This document shows, piece after piece, positions 51,791 to 64,000 of a DNA stretch of 64,000 bases. This stretch comes from Phoronis australis (taxonomy: Eukaryota; Animalia; Phoronida). The notes beneath the pieces were generated by a model that worked only from the letters and a program-made list of their open reading frames with translations, was not told where the DNA came from and made no database searches. Within the stretch, counting starts at the first letter, position 1; the number at the start of each line of letters is the position of its first letter. The stretch lies in assembly GCA_002633005.1 (NCBI GenBank), contig NMRA01000327.1, positions 195,632-259,631 on the forward strand. Reading direction: 5' to 3'. The translations under genes and the position numbers were made by a program.

Positions 51791-53566
51791 CTTGTTATAT
51801 TGCCCCAAATTTACAGCCAGACAACTTACTACAGTTGCCTGAAGGCATGGAACAATTCACATGCTTGTGTTACATAAAGCCCCCCATTAATTCTATTGAA
51901 CCCTGAATGAAACCTGCTTATCTAGGTCACCCTTGTCTCCACTTTGGTAACTACTGCTCTTGTGTTTCTGGAGAACAACACCAACAGAGTTAAACTAGTA
52001 AACCCCTCTCTTGGATTCATTCCCAGGGACAAATGTTAGCGGTAATATACCCACTAAATTTGCTGCACAAGAGAAAAGTGTTATTCCCAGCATTCACATG
52101 AAAGTAAGAGTACAGCTAATGGAGAATAGCAAGTTTCCAAGTGTTTACATGGTAATGAGGTACATGTCAACGGGTTTCATGATTGTACGTGTTCCCTTCA
52201 GTGATAACAAGTTGCAAGCTTGATAAATAAGGATCCACAGATGTGTTGTTTATGGATAGCCCAAACCATGTAGCCAGTGCAGCAGTGATGTGGTGGATTA
52301 CTGGAATTGTTAATGTCACATCCCACATGCTCTGTAAACCCTGACACCCTGAGACACCCTGTCAACTCAAGTCCTGGATGATGAAAACTATCTATCCTTG
52401 GCTGAACAGAGAATCCCCAATGAAAGCAAATATAACATTTTGGTCATTCCTACAAACAAAACACCACAAACTCTTGCTAAACAGTAGAATGACAGTGACC
52501 TAACACTCATGGTAGTAGCTGTGAGTCACACTTTCAACAAAACACCAGAAACTCATGGTAAAGGATAATGACAGTGACATAACACTCAGTGTTTACTGTT
52601 TGTTTATACTGACTCTCAGCTGTCATTAATCATACCTAGCCAATTATGGTAGTAGTGTGGTCTGACATACTCTTTGTGGATCACCTTACTTACTGTTCAG
52701 TTCCACCTTACTGTTTAATTCGTTTAATAGAAACTAATCTCTTTTGTCTTTGTCTTGTCGGTACACAAGACATTACACACTTAAGACGGGTCAGGCAGAA
52801 ATTCTTTCCATAATTCAAATATCAACAACCTGCTCCAAAACTATCAAAATTGATGCAAATATAAACCAAAAACAACACATCATGACTTTGGGATGACCTT
52901 ACTTATTCCATTAAATTTCTGCCAATATTTAATAAATTATTTGTGAAGTGACTCCATATTAAAATGGCTTTCTAATAGGTCTAAATGTAGGATAGGCAAT
53001 TACATCGCTGTGTACGACACGACACGGACGATAATATACAGTACCCCATAAAAAGTCACTGATGTGAAAATACAGCCAATCACAACAAATGAAACATGCA
53101 TTAATATATATCCACACTGAGTTACAATTTACACATACCATGACTCTAGAGACAATTCAATCAAAATAATTTGAATATATTCATGAAAATCTGTTGTGGC
53201 ATTTTTATGTGTAAAATGTATTTTTTACTAGGTGAAAACCTCTTATTCGCTGAGCGAATTTGGCCTACCACCCATGTAAAATACACAGGATGAGATTACC
53301 GGTAGTACAAAAACTGATGGGGAGTACTGTAGCCTCTAGACAATCAGCTGAAGGACTATGCGCAGCACGCACGCACGCACACTCACACACACACACACAT
53401 ATATACCACAAGGTATGAGCACATATACCATGTACCACAAGGTATGACACTGGTCTGTTGCTATCGGAAGAACAAACAACTGTTCGTGGTTTGTTGAACC
53501 CCTGTTTTGCACAAATTTATTGAAATCTGTTTGTATTAATTGGGTACAATAAAAAGTTGAGGTGAA

Positions 53567-54401
53567 TGAGGACATCTGTGGTGTTGCCTCAGGGCTAAGT
53601 GTCAGACTGTAGTAGAAGACTGAATCAGTGATTGTACCTAGACTGCACTGTACTGCTAGTAACCTAGTCTTGAGTGACGAGATAGAGTACAAGTTGACTG
53701 GGTAGTTGTTCTGATTATTCAGTTGCACTGCAACTGGTTTCACCAAACCAGTTTAACTGTCTATTTACCTATTTATAAATAAGCCTACACNCCCAAACAC
53801 ACAGATTTTTTTACAAAAAATGCATAGATCAAGGTTTTTACATCTAAGTTTATAAAACAGCCTTCTATGGTGAGCATTTTTACTAAAAAACTGTGTAAAC
53901 CAAGACTTTTACAATGCTGTCAATCAAGTGTCAAAATAGCAACAATGCATATACTTTGTATATACATTGTATATTTCTTCCTGCTTTGAAAAAAGAGCCC
54001 CCATTGTGAGCCTTCAGAGTCTTCCTAGTATTCATTACAATGCGTGAGTCCAAACTTGAAAGGTTCCTATTGACAGTGGCTGTCTAAATGATACATTGGG
54101 CGTCCTTGCCAGGGTGTCCAGATTAGTGTTAGGGCGTCCAAATGGACGCCCAGGACGTACGCTGCATAAAGGCCTGTTGAGGACATCTGTGGTGTTGCCT
54201 CAGGGCTAAGTGTCAGACTGTAGTAGAAGACTGAATCAGTGATTGTACCTAGACTGCACTGTACTGCTAGTAACCTAGTCTTGAGTGACGAGATAGAGTA
54301 CAAGTTGACTGGGTAGTTGTTCTGATTATTCAGTTGCACTGCAACTGGTTTCACCAAACCAGTTTAACTGTCTATTTACCTATTTATAAATAAGCCTACA
54401 C
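53567..54401. repeat. 224-bp direct duplication (53567-53790 and 54178-54401) around an N gap and a transposon right end (53792-54176)
   Basis: Apparently identical copies; N at 53791; second copy preceded by the TIR CTGCATAAAGGCCTG. Confidence 0.8.
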
Positions 54402-55675
54402 TGGCCACAGCCACCGCCAGAAATACAGTCGAGCATACCCTCCCACCAACGACCAACGGCGATGTATGAAGGCTGAAGCAACTGCTATCCTAGTCTAGTG
54501 ATGGGATATAATAATACAAGTTGACTGGGTGGTTCTCCAAATTTTTAGCTGCAATTCAACTGATTTATCAAACCTATCTACCACAGCCACAGCAAGAAAT
54601 AAAGCCGAGCATACCCTCCCACCAACGGCAACGGCGACGAAGGGGACGAAGTCTAGCATGCCTAATTACTTATAAGTGCCGTGCTTGTGTCATAACTCAT
54701 GTTCCTTCAGCAGCAACCTCCATGAGAAAACATGAACTCAAACTAAACAATAATGGAAAAACTATTTAAAAGATTCTCACTTGATTCACAATTGAGGTAA
54801 GTTCCTCCGACAAATCAATAAACGATTCAACGTCAACAATATGCTTGATCCCTCTGATTGATCTCTTGAACTTGTGCGACAAACCCAGCGGCGAGCAACA
54901 GGTCAATTCTCATGATAAGCAAATGTCACATTTTTAGTTGAGACATATTATAAATATTTTCTGTTCAATATACTTGTAAATTTAATTATAAAATAGCTGA
55001 AGTACATTTGCGTGATACTACGACTAAGAGTTTGTTTTGAATTATGATAGATATATAAAAAGTATCTGAAGGAATCAACTGTTGTGACTTTTTATGGAAA
55101 TAGAAACTTCCTGTTAAACTGCGCTCATTGAAGTTGGCAAAACTGATGTTGTGTACGAACTCCAAGAGTTTTCCTCGTTCGATTCTCAATGTGAGTATTT
55201 ATTTGAACCAACAGAAAATATATGTACAATATCCTCTTTTGCCTTGTAAATCTCTGAGGTCCTCAGACAGCACATGTAGCCAGTAGCAAAGACTACTCGG
55301 CAGGACTGCTGCCGCTGGCGCTGGTCAGTCCCCCCGTGTCATGTAAAATTTCTTACCCGTGAAATTTCTTGCCACTCTGACTTCGCGCAATGTTTAACAT
55401 AGCAATCACAGTTGATCAAAATCGTTACATTATCACACACGTAGTGAACTTCTATTTTTAGGCTAATTTTACAGCGCGTTTTGCCGTCTTCGACAGGTAA
55501 GATCACGAGGTACACTTGAAATAAGTGACCCTCAAAACCGGGCATGCTCAACACTCGTCAACAGGGTACTTGTGGCAAGTATTTGACGGGGAAGAAATTT
55601 TACGTGACAGTAACAGTGGCAGTGCCAGCAGGATTACTCTAGACACCTCAGCTGTCTGTTCAAATAAGTATTTTA

Positions 55676-56446
55676 CACATAGTTTACCTAATTATCGGAC
55701 GGACCCTAAATATCGGACATTACATAAAATCTTACTTGAAGCATAATCAGAGAAATATATGACACAAATTTTTGTTCCGCTGTAATGCATTCAATGTCCG
55801 GCACTGTCCCGTTTTTTCTAGCATTGCCTCGTTTTGGGTTTACAGAGAGAGGGTGCAATTTAGACCCCCAAGTCAGCCTAAAATGGACGATTGCATAATC
55901 GGTTATAAAAGTTGAAACCAAAATCTTTTTCCACAATGAAATCATCTAATTGAACTAACAATATGTCACTGTTTCATTTTTTCATTTGCTTTTAAACTCA
56001 AGTCAAACCTCGGCCGCGCACGTGCGTGTGTCATATCAAGAAGGCAAAGAGATACTAAAAACTTCAATGAGTTTGCATGCGCTTTAGTCGTGTGCACTGA
56101 TTCATCGAAACTACTTGGTGCTGTCATCAGACTTCATGTTGTGGATAAATTTTGTTGCGAACAGAGCTGTGCCCGCAGCCATTACTTGGTTAGTCAGTTT
56201 TCCGCAGTGTGGCGTATGGGGAAACATGGTGTCCGATATTTAGGTTCTCCGAAGGTTTGCTAGTTGTGTTTTTTAAAGATCAGTTGGAACATAAATGTGG
56301 CTTTCGGTGATAAGGTATAGTAACATAACAATTTTGTAAAGGTAAGCCTTTATTTCAGCAAAGAATTTACAACAATCCGTAGTATTTTCAGTTAAATTTA
56401 ATACAAAATGTGCCAAAACGTCCGATAATTAGGTCACTTGACTGTA
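55676..56446. mobile_element. Non-autonomous DNA element with nested inverted repeats
   Basis: ACCTAATTATCGGACG (55686) with CGTCCGATAATTAGGT (56419), and CCTAAATATCGGACA (55705) with TGTCCGATATTTAGG (56230). Confidence 0.6.
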
Positions 56447-56876
56447 GTGAGACGTTATTTGACCTGTCTCACTGCTGCGCTGGCCTTCTGCCGTCTCACG
56501 TCTCACTACAGTATTCACAGGATTACCTGGGCGATGTTAAATTTGATGCCTATATATAATCTCCGTACTTATGTTTTGATGCTAATCTACATGTTTAGCT
56601 AGGTGGCTAGTGAGTAGCAAGTGTCGTCAACCCCCAAGCTTGCTGCAGCAAGAGTGTTCTTTGTTGTCAAAAAGTGTTGTCAGTTCATCTGGGGTGAATT
56701 ACAAACTGGACTAGTAATGTCTCTCACAGTTTGGCTCTTAATTTACTTGTCTAGGCTTTCTGAGCTCAATTCTTTTGTAAACTTGACATAATAATAATTC
56801 TACTTCAAATTTCCAGAACAATCACTGCTAGACCTGAAAACACGTCCTCACTGTAAAAGCTGCAGGAACAAAAATT

Positions 56877-57452
56877 GACAGTGACCACCATCTATAGCTG
56901 GCTCAGTGGAGACTGTGTAGCTCCTACAGGAGCTTCATATGCCGGAAGGTTTTAGCGAATTATGCCTCACACTGACGAAAACTTCAAAGTCAGGTTGTTG
57001 TAAATACCTTTTGCGCATAGAGGAACACTTTAGGAGGCCGTTGATGTCTTTAATTCCTTCCAATTGGAACAAATATTCCTGTTATCAAACTATTTCTTCG
57101 AGCAGTACCTCGTTCAGTTCCCAAAATTGGTAACTGGACATTTTAATGCTGCGCATGCCAGGGATATGACGTAATACAACCTGCCGCGCGCAGTGTTAAA
57201 AATAGCCAGTTTCCGATTTTGGGAACTGAAAGAAGGACTGCTCGAAGAAAAAGTTTGATAACGGAAGGAATTAAAGACACCGACGGCCTCCTAAAGTGTC
57301 CCTCTATGTGCAAAGTATACTTACTTGTATAACAACATGACTGATTTTTTAATCAGTGTGAGGCATAATTTGCCGAAAAGCTTCCGTTGTATCAAGCTCC
57401 TATTGGAGTTTCACCGTCTCTGCTGAGCCAGTTAGAAATGGTGGTCACTGTC
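56877..57452. mobile_element. Fold-back palindromic element with diverged ~275-bp arms
   Basis: GACAGTGACCACCAT / ATGGTGGTCACTGTC ends; ACACTTTAGGAGGCCG / CGGCCTCCTAAAGTGT and CAGTTCCCAAAA / TTTTGGGAACTG internally. Confidence 0.8.
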
Positions 57453-58248
57453 TAGAAAAAAAGGGCTGAACACTTTGACACATGGGACCACCCGAATATC
57501 AAAAGCAGTTACTGATTTTCCAAACAATTGACCAATTGGCCATAAGGGGGTTCATGTTACATCCAATTAGGCAAACCTGACCTGAAAGGCCGAAGGTCAC
57601 TTTCATGACAGTTTCAGTGTAAACGGCAGTTCTCTCTTCCTCAATTAAAGTCCATCTCACTTAAAAGAAAGTTCACAAAAATAAATATAATCCAGATACT
57701 CTCTAGTACACCCCTCAAAAAACAAACTGGTGATAAACCGCTGAGCTCAGTCTTGTCGTGAACTTCAAAAATTTATCCAGTCATTAGAGCCTGAAATAAA
57801 CATCAGGATTGTTTAAAATATTGTAAGTATGCGGTGACTTGGCCCAAGGAGCAGTTGTCTCATTAGCATAGTGAATTAAATATTCTGTAAATATCCTGTA
57901 TGTACTCTATTGCAGACTAAATGCATATCTCTTGTCATGACAATGAGTAGTATCAACGTGAATTTTAGTATCCAATAGTAAGCTGAATGTTTTATGTCTC
58001 TATTGATGGAAGAAAGTGGCTTGTTTTTTGTGACGACCATCAGATTGTCAGGTGAACTAGTGGTAGAAGTTTAGGTGGGAAGATTGGAAACTGCTTGGTC
58101 AATTGCAGTTAAGCTCATTCGGGCTGCGGGACAATGCATTTCCTGTGAGTGGGATTTCTATGCCAAACGGCAACATTGTTTTCATTCTTCTCATGTGCAA
58201 ATGCTGTTTCAGAAGTGATGCATAAAATGTAAAACGAAGCACTGGAGA

Positions 58249-58344
58249 ATGTCTACTGGTGCTTGGATTGCATTTGGCTCTGCAGTACTCTTCACAACAG
58301 CAATGGTTGGTTATGTACACTTGAAGCAGAGAAAAGATCAACAG
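58249..58344 (+). CDS. PET117: PET117-like cytochrome c oxidase assembly protein, coding exon 1 (MSTGAWIAFGSAVLFTTAMVGYVHLKQRKDQQ)
   Basis: Hydrophobic N-terminus followed by VHxKQxxDQQ as recalled for PET117 proteins; 96 nt; CAG|GTAACT donor, phase 0; upstream acceptor TTTCAG at 58212. Confidence 0.85.
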
Positions 58345-58880
58345 GTAACTTTTGTTCTTCATAAAATGCTTGCGGTCGTGTGATACCCACTTTTTGCATG
58401 GCCACATACATGGGTGTACCATTTGTCGTGTATGCATGTAAACGAGACGGAGTCACATGTTCGACTGCTATATTAAGATCAGAGCTAATGCATTACAGGA
58501 ACAGTAACCGAGGTCAGGGGTCAACACAGGGTTACGACCTCCACATATGACACCATTAGCATCTCCATCTGGACCCAATTGTATGAAATTATACACCTAT
58601 AGCAACAGTGCCATCACAATCAATTTGGCGACAATACGACCTCAAATTGTGTTTGGCTACCTGATAAAAACCACAAAGTCGCTAGATTTTTGCAAGTTGC
58701 AGCCTAATCCAAAGAAGTCGGACAAATAAGCATACTGTGTAATTCACTTTGAAGTTTGTTGTGACTTTAAATACATATTTCAAGAATTCAGTACATCTGC
58801 TACCCTCAGACTCATCTGAGTTGTTTTATTTGGTGACCTGATTAGATAAAGCTGAGGTAGAGTCTCTGATGTTGTCTCAG

Positions 58881-59010
58881 ATTGAGATTGTTACTCCGTG
58901 TTTTCCATTGAGATTGTTACTCTGTGTTTTCCATTGAGATTGTTACTCTGTGTTTTCCATTGAGATTGTTACTCTGTGTTTTCCATTGAGATTGTTACTC
59001 TGTGTTTTCC
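58881..59010. repeat. 26-bp minisatellite, 5 units (ATTGAGATTGTTACTCTGTGTTTTCC), forming the PET117 exon 2 acceptor region
   Basis: Direct inspection; followed immediately by ATTGCCAG|. Confidence 0.9.
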
Positions 59011-59018
59011 ATTGCCAG

Positions 59019-59140
59019 AACATGCATGAGGGAATTATGCGAGATCTTCGCAGACAAGCTCTGAAGAAACAGCTTGAGCAGCAGGTTGAACTGACCAAAG
59101 TGCTGAGAGCTGGCCAGGAAGAGATGGATAAAGAACGAGG
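59019..59140 (+). CDS. PET117: PET117-like coding exon 2 (NMHEGIMRDLRRQALKKQLEQQVELTKVLRAGQEEMDKER)
   Basis: MHEGIMRDLRRQ matches the PET117 (M/L)xxG(V/I)xRDxxRQ motif; CCAG| acceptor, phase 0; GG|GTATGT donor. Confidence 0.85.
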
Positions 59141-60039
59141 GTATGTCTGTATGTATTTATGTATGTGGCAGTCATGAACTCGCTCGGTTTGTCTGCATGT
59201 ATACTTTCTAGCAGGTGTTTTAAATTACTCTGTGCATATTGTGATTCACAAATACATAAGTTTGTAACACTTAAAGCTGCTGTAATTTCTGCCTCCCAAC
59301 AAGATTTCGAGGTATTTCAAATGGCGTTACGGCGAACCTTGTTCCTAAAGTTTGCTCACTTGTAACATTCCGTTCTGGAATCTCATTTTTCTGTCATGCA
59401 ATAATTCATTTCTACGCTTCATTATTTGTGTACATGGATACCACGGTCACACAATTATAACATAACAATAGGATGACTTCACACCAACTACAGCGAACCA
59501 GTGCATGCAAATCTAAAATTGATCACGCGTGGCCGCCTCGATTTCATATTTGTGCACAACACATGACATACAAGAACATGATTTGTTGCACACTACCGGG
59601 CACTCGGTTGGACAGCCTTACATACCAAAACAAAAACGAGTGAATGGTTCGACATTGTATATTTTCTCTAAAACCTTGATTCGGTTACAGCAAAGCTTAG
59701 TCTGTCTCAAGCCGCAACAAAATTCCAGTTCTTGCCCATAAATTCCTTCAAGTGAAAGTTTAGACCTGTTTTATTATGGCGCGTGTTCTAAATCCAAAGT
59801 GCAGAAGGCAGGTTTAACTTTATTTTTTAAAAAAGTTAATGGCCATAAGTCTAGATTTTATTTTTAATGCACCCTCATGTTTATATGTGGATGCCACTGT
59901 TTCGTTTTCGGACGAATTCAATGTATTCTACACCACCTTGTAGACATTTTTACTAGACAGGTTTAAAGTCTTAGCTATTTCTTGGTGTCTACCTTGCTAT
60001 CAGCCAAACTTCTCTAAGAATGATTACGTAAATCGGTGT

Positions 60040-61380
60040 TTGTGTTCGTATTGGGAAGAGGACGGCTGGCGATGATTTTCGGATGGCACCTCCTAGTGGC
60101 AGTTTTGTTTTTGCAGTTTCTCATGAACCCTTGCAGGAGCTTTGCCAAATTTGGCAAGTGCATTTATATGAAAGTGATAACAGATGGTGATGACTAGTTG
60201 ATAGATCTGACTACCACCGTGCCCCCCATTGGCAATTTTATTTTTTATCATTATCCTTTATATCTTCGGATTTTGCAAATGGCATTAGCTTTTGGCCAAA
60301 TTAGGAGCGAGAGGTGGAAAACAAATCAATTCTAGAGTGCAGCATGACTGTTGTTTTTCAGGATGGTATTTGACAAATATCGAAACATCGTTTTCCAACT
60401 TCAGCAAATACTTATCTATATAGGGACGCCTTCTTCTCATTTTCCAATGGATTCAACGTGCATGCTAGCTAGTGATCGTTTTTATTTTTTCGAATGTTTT
60501 TTGGCATCTGCCTCCTTATTAGTCAAATTGCACTAGGAATGTTTAGGAAAATGGGTAGAAGCAGTTGAAGATGATTTTTGGACTCAAACTACTGTGGCTG
60601 CTCCTACTGGCATTTTTTTGTATCAGCGGCTGTATCTCATGAACCCCTTGCAGGAATTTTGTTAAATTTGGCAAGTATGAAATTAACAATGCTTGGAACA
60701 GCTTTGGGATGGATCCGACGAGCACTGTGCCCTCTTTTGGAAATATTTATTTTTTTACATTTTCCTCTGTATCTTCAAAGATCCTTGATAGTTTTTCATT
60801 TTTCATGAAATTTGGCTAGTAGGAATCTATAAAGGAGAGGGCACTGCCTTCTCGATTTCAGATGGAATGGTCCTGCTGTGGTGCCCTCTTGCAGCAATTT
60901 TATTTTTTTCCTGCAACTCAATACATGTTCTTTGACTGTCAAATCTTCATGAAATTCGGCATGCGCTTCTATTGAGAAGAGTACAACTAATATGGATTTT
61001 GGAACAAATCTGACCATTGCGGAATTGCCTAGTCAGGCTATTTTGTTTTTCTTAGCATTTGCCTTGATGTAGGTCTATCAAGTTCTTTGATGGATGATCA
61101 AGAAATTTGGCAAAGAAGTTGCTGTCATGTTACAAACAACAGCACCTGCCTCGTTTCGGATGGATTTGACCAATGTTGTACACCCTAGAGGCGTTTCTGT
61201 TGTTTTTGGTGTCATTTATCATCTGCCTTTTTATCCTCCAAAAACTTGAAGAATCATGCTGAAAAGTGACAGGTGTGTTGCTATTGAGGAGAGTATTTCT
61301 GAGTTGCTTTGCTCCCTCTAGGGGTTATTATTGAGGTAACTATCATTACTACATTCTGGAGGAATCTTCATGAATATCAA
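60040..61380 (-). repeat. Degenerate copy of the CTCF-like-motif repeat family (reverse orientation) in a PET117 intron
   Basis: GCACCTCCTAGTGGC 60086, GTGCCCCCCATTGGC 60219 and further decayed motifs; TCATGAACCC(C)TTGCAGGA and AAATTTGGC blocks repeated. Confidence 0.6.
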
Positions 61381-61596
61381 TGCTCTACGATGTTAACCAC
61401 TAGTGTGCAAAATGCTTTCATAATACAGTTCAGTCACATTCAACAGGGCCAAGAGGTTTCATGTGAGTAATGTGAAATTATACTCATCTTATGCAAGTTT
61501 TGCTGTGAATGAAATCAATAATTGGATTTTTTAACTTAATATCTTTCAGTGTCCCTTACTGAAAAGGTCACCTTAAATTTCTGTTCTCTGTTGTAG

Positions 61597-61615
61597 ACTA
61601 AAGGGTCCAGAATAA
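61597..61615 (+). CDS. PET117: Candidate PET117 terminal coding exon ((G)LKGPE*)
   Basis: Strong polypyrimidine acceptor TTTCTGTTCTCTGTTGTAG|; phase 2 compatible; gives a 78-aa protein. Confidence 0.5.
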
Positions 61616-64000
61616 TTGGGCAGAAAGCATGTACCATAATGATAGTCGATGCAGGAGTTCTAAGACCCATTGTTTCTAGTCTACAGCAAAGTTATGTGTG
61701 CTGAATTCCTGGATCAGAACAAAGCATTCAAATGTGACTTCCATGCTGATCTTCGAAAATCAGGGAGACATGACTGAAGACACTAGCAAAAATATGCTGG
61801 CCTATTTGAAGGGCCCTCATGGTGAGGAAGGGCATAACACTCGCATGGTGCTATCCCTAATGACCTTGCTAACCTTGTGGAGAATCACACCACTCTTTGT
61901 GGACTGCAGGATATAGAAGAGCTGCTTTTAGTGGCTGTAAATTTGTGTTCTGTCCAAGAAGCCAACTTTTGATTTAGACAACGTACCACTGTAACATTGG
62001 TCTCAGCCAGACATCTCAATAATTGTGATGTGTATGGTCTTCGCTTATTGCTTACTGAAAGTGACTTTCTGGATTTGTCGAGTCAGTCATTCCCTAGGAC
62101 CATGCTCACCAAATAAAATGACATGCCGAGACGAGCCAGTTTGTAGTGCACGAATTCAAAAAATAATAAATCGTCAGTTATTTCGAACCCCGAAAAATGA
62201 CCTTTACTTGACTAAAGAGCAATCTGAGGCCAATTTCAGAACAGTAAGTGGTTTAAATCAAAAGTTTTTTTTTCGGTAGATTTATAGCCACTTTAAGTCC
62301 AACCCAGTCTCCAGTGCAGCTCAAAACTGTAGCCAATGTGGCAGCGTAAGTATTGTTGCATTAGAGAGGTTTTTAAGTATTTGATTGTACTTGTATTGTT
62401 TTGCACTTGTATGCAATATGTTATGACTGAGACTTAATGGTAGACAAGTCGATGAAGTGGAAGTAAAGAGTTATTATTCTTTTACATGATTCCGTCTACA
62501 GTGTCTACAACAAATGTATACATAATACTGAGTAGTCAATGACCCTCAATGTTCTGAGTAATTAAACCAGGAGATAATATATACACAGCTTATTGCCAAT
62601 ATTTACAGATATAACACATGGCCTTCTGGTGCCAACAAAACACAACAGTCCTCAGTTAAACACTTCTAGCAATGCTGTAAATCACAAAATCATGCACACA
62701 CTCATCAACCCCTAACTTCTGATCACCTTGACACATTCATGTTTAACACAACCTCTTGCAGAATCCTGGGTGACTTGCAAAGCAATTGAGACTGACCACA
62801 AGGCATTGACATGTGATCTAGTTGATGAGGAGGAATGACATTTCTGCGTAAGGATAAGAAAATGATACTTTTATCAAGTTAACGGACGGGTTCATTTGCA
62901 AATTACTCCCATTGTATGCAGCCAGATACCAACAGGAGGTCACTGACCAGCTGCCTCCAGTCACTACTGCTTAGCAAGTTTTCCACAGGCAAATTCAGAA
63001 GTTCTTCACCCCCAACGCACAGTAACAGTCAGCTTAAGTCTGATCAACATGACCTTTACACCAAACCAAAACCTTGTGGATAGTGTCGACTTAGTCAAAT
63101 CAAAACTGTCTGTAACTGCACCGTGTGTTCAAACATTGCCAGACGGGTCTTCTAGTTGTCCTAGCTCATAAAGACGGAATGCAAATTGAAATCGAAAATG
63201 TACACAATATTGCACAATATATCAACACTGCTCCCATCCTACACTGCCCTCTACAGGCCACTGTATCAACTCACACTATACAACAAACCAGTGTGTGATT
63301 TGTGAGATTCCACTGAACTCGACACCGGCTGAGAAAACACTTCATTGCACCTCATTACGAGCACTGGTAATGGTGGGGAGGGGGTCAACCATAGGAAACT
63401 TCGACTGCCAAGGCAGTTAACAAGACTTTAATAAGGATAGATCAGTAACAAAAGATTTCCAATAGACAGCCTGAATTTACAGACATCAGAACCCTGGGCC
63501 GCAATACAGGAACGTGTCAAAAAGCAGAATACTCTTGGTTCAGGTCTAGGGCCTCGTTTCATAGACGCCAAATTCCTGGTTCGAAAATGTCAGTTCACGC
63601 TACGGAATTGTGCAACGACCAGAGTTCTGTCACTGGCCTAGCCTGCTTCTTGTAAAGAGTTAGTTAAAGGTATATCATACCAAAGATTACTTTACTACCA
63701 CTTCAAGTAGTCTCATGATAGGCAGGGACTTAAGTGCAAGTATGACTTGTTAAGGACGCTGAAAATTTCATTAGTCTACAACTTCACAAACAGCAAGATT
63801 AACTCGTAAAACAAATTAGGCAGACAAGTGAATTCATTAGTTCATGTCACAGTTTACTGAAGTAGCTTCAATTAGTATCTCTTAATTTACCTCTCACAAA
63901 GAAATAAATCATTTTAGTAATTTAGTAGTATAAAGTTTTTAGTTCATTCCAAATGGGTCACTAGGGCATTAATTTCCACAGTCCCTACCAAAGCAACATG

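Noticed and set aside
53336-54357. Two ORFs with identical N-termini (MVKPVAVQLNN...)
   Set aside because: They arise from the 224-bp duplication at the N gap and have non-ATG starts

Overview
This is eukaryotic, AT-rich, intron- and transposon-rich DNA, most consistent with an invertebrate animal; the species cannot be determined from the sequence alone. It is not prokaryotic, and no CRISPR array, rRNA or intact tRNA was seen. Three spliced protein-coding genes can be reconstructed with phase-consistent GT-AG junctions. (1) An unidentified coiled-coil/proline-rich gene on the minus strand (5 exons, 7558->207), probably continuing off the left edge. (2) A complete Rab27 small GTPase gene on the minus strand (5 coding exons, 34681->19854, 219 aa, C-terminal CGC prenylation motif). 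(3) A PET117-like cytochrome c oxidase assembly factor on the plus strand (58249->61615, about 78 aa), divergent from Rab27. Most ORFs in the supplied track are spurious. The non-coding space holds a Kolobok-like element with a THAP remnant, a Harbinger Myb/SANT remnant, TA-, CTG- and 5-bp-TSD MITEs, fold-back palindromes, Helentron-associated (HINE-like) elements with internal tandem arrays, a decayed Gypsy pol interrupted by a DNA transposon, a LINE remnant and minisatellites. The most unusual signals are an array of 11 co-oriented CTCF-like motifs at about 145-bp spacing inside a Rab27 intron, and minisatellites that copy splice sites of Rab27 and PET117. Two duplications abutting single-N gaps look like haplotype or assembly artefacts. 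I found no convincing new multi-gene system; the candidates are regulatory or transposon-borne and need testing.
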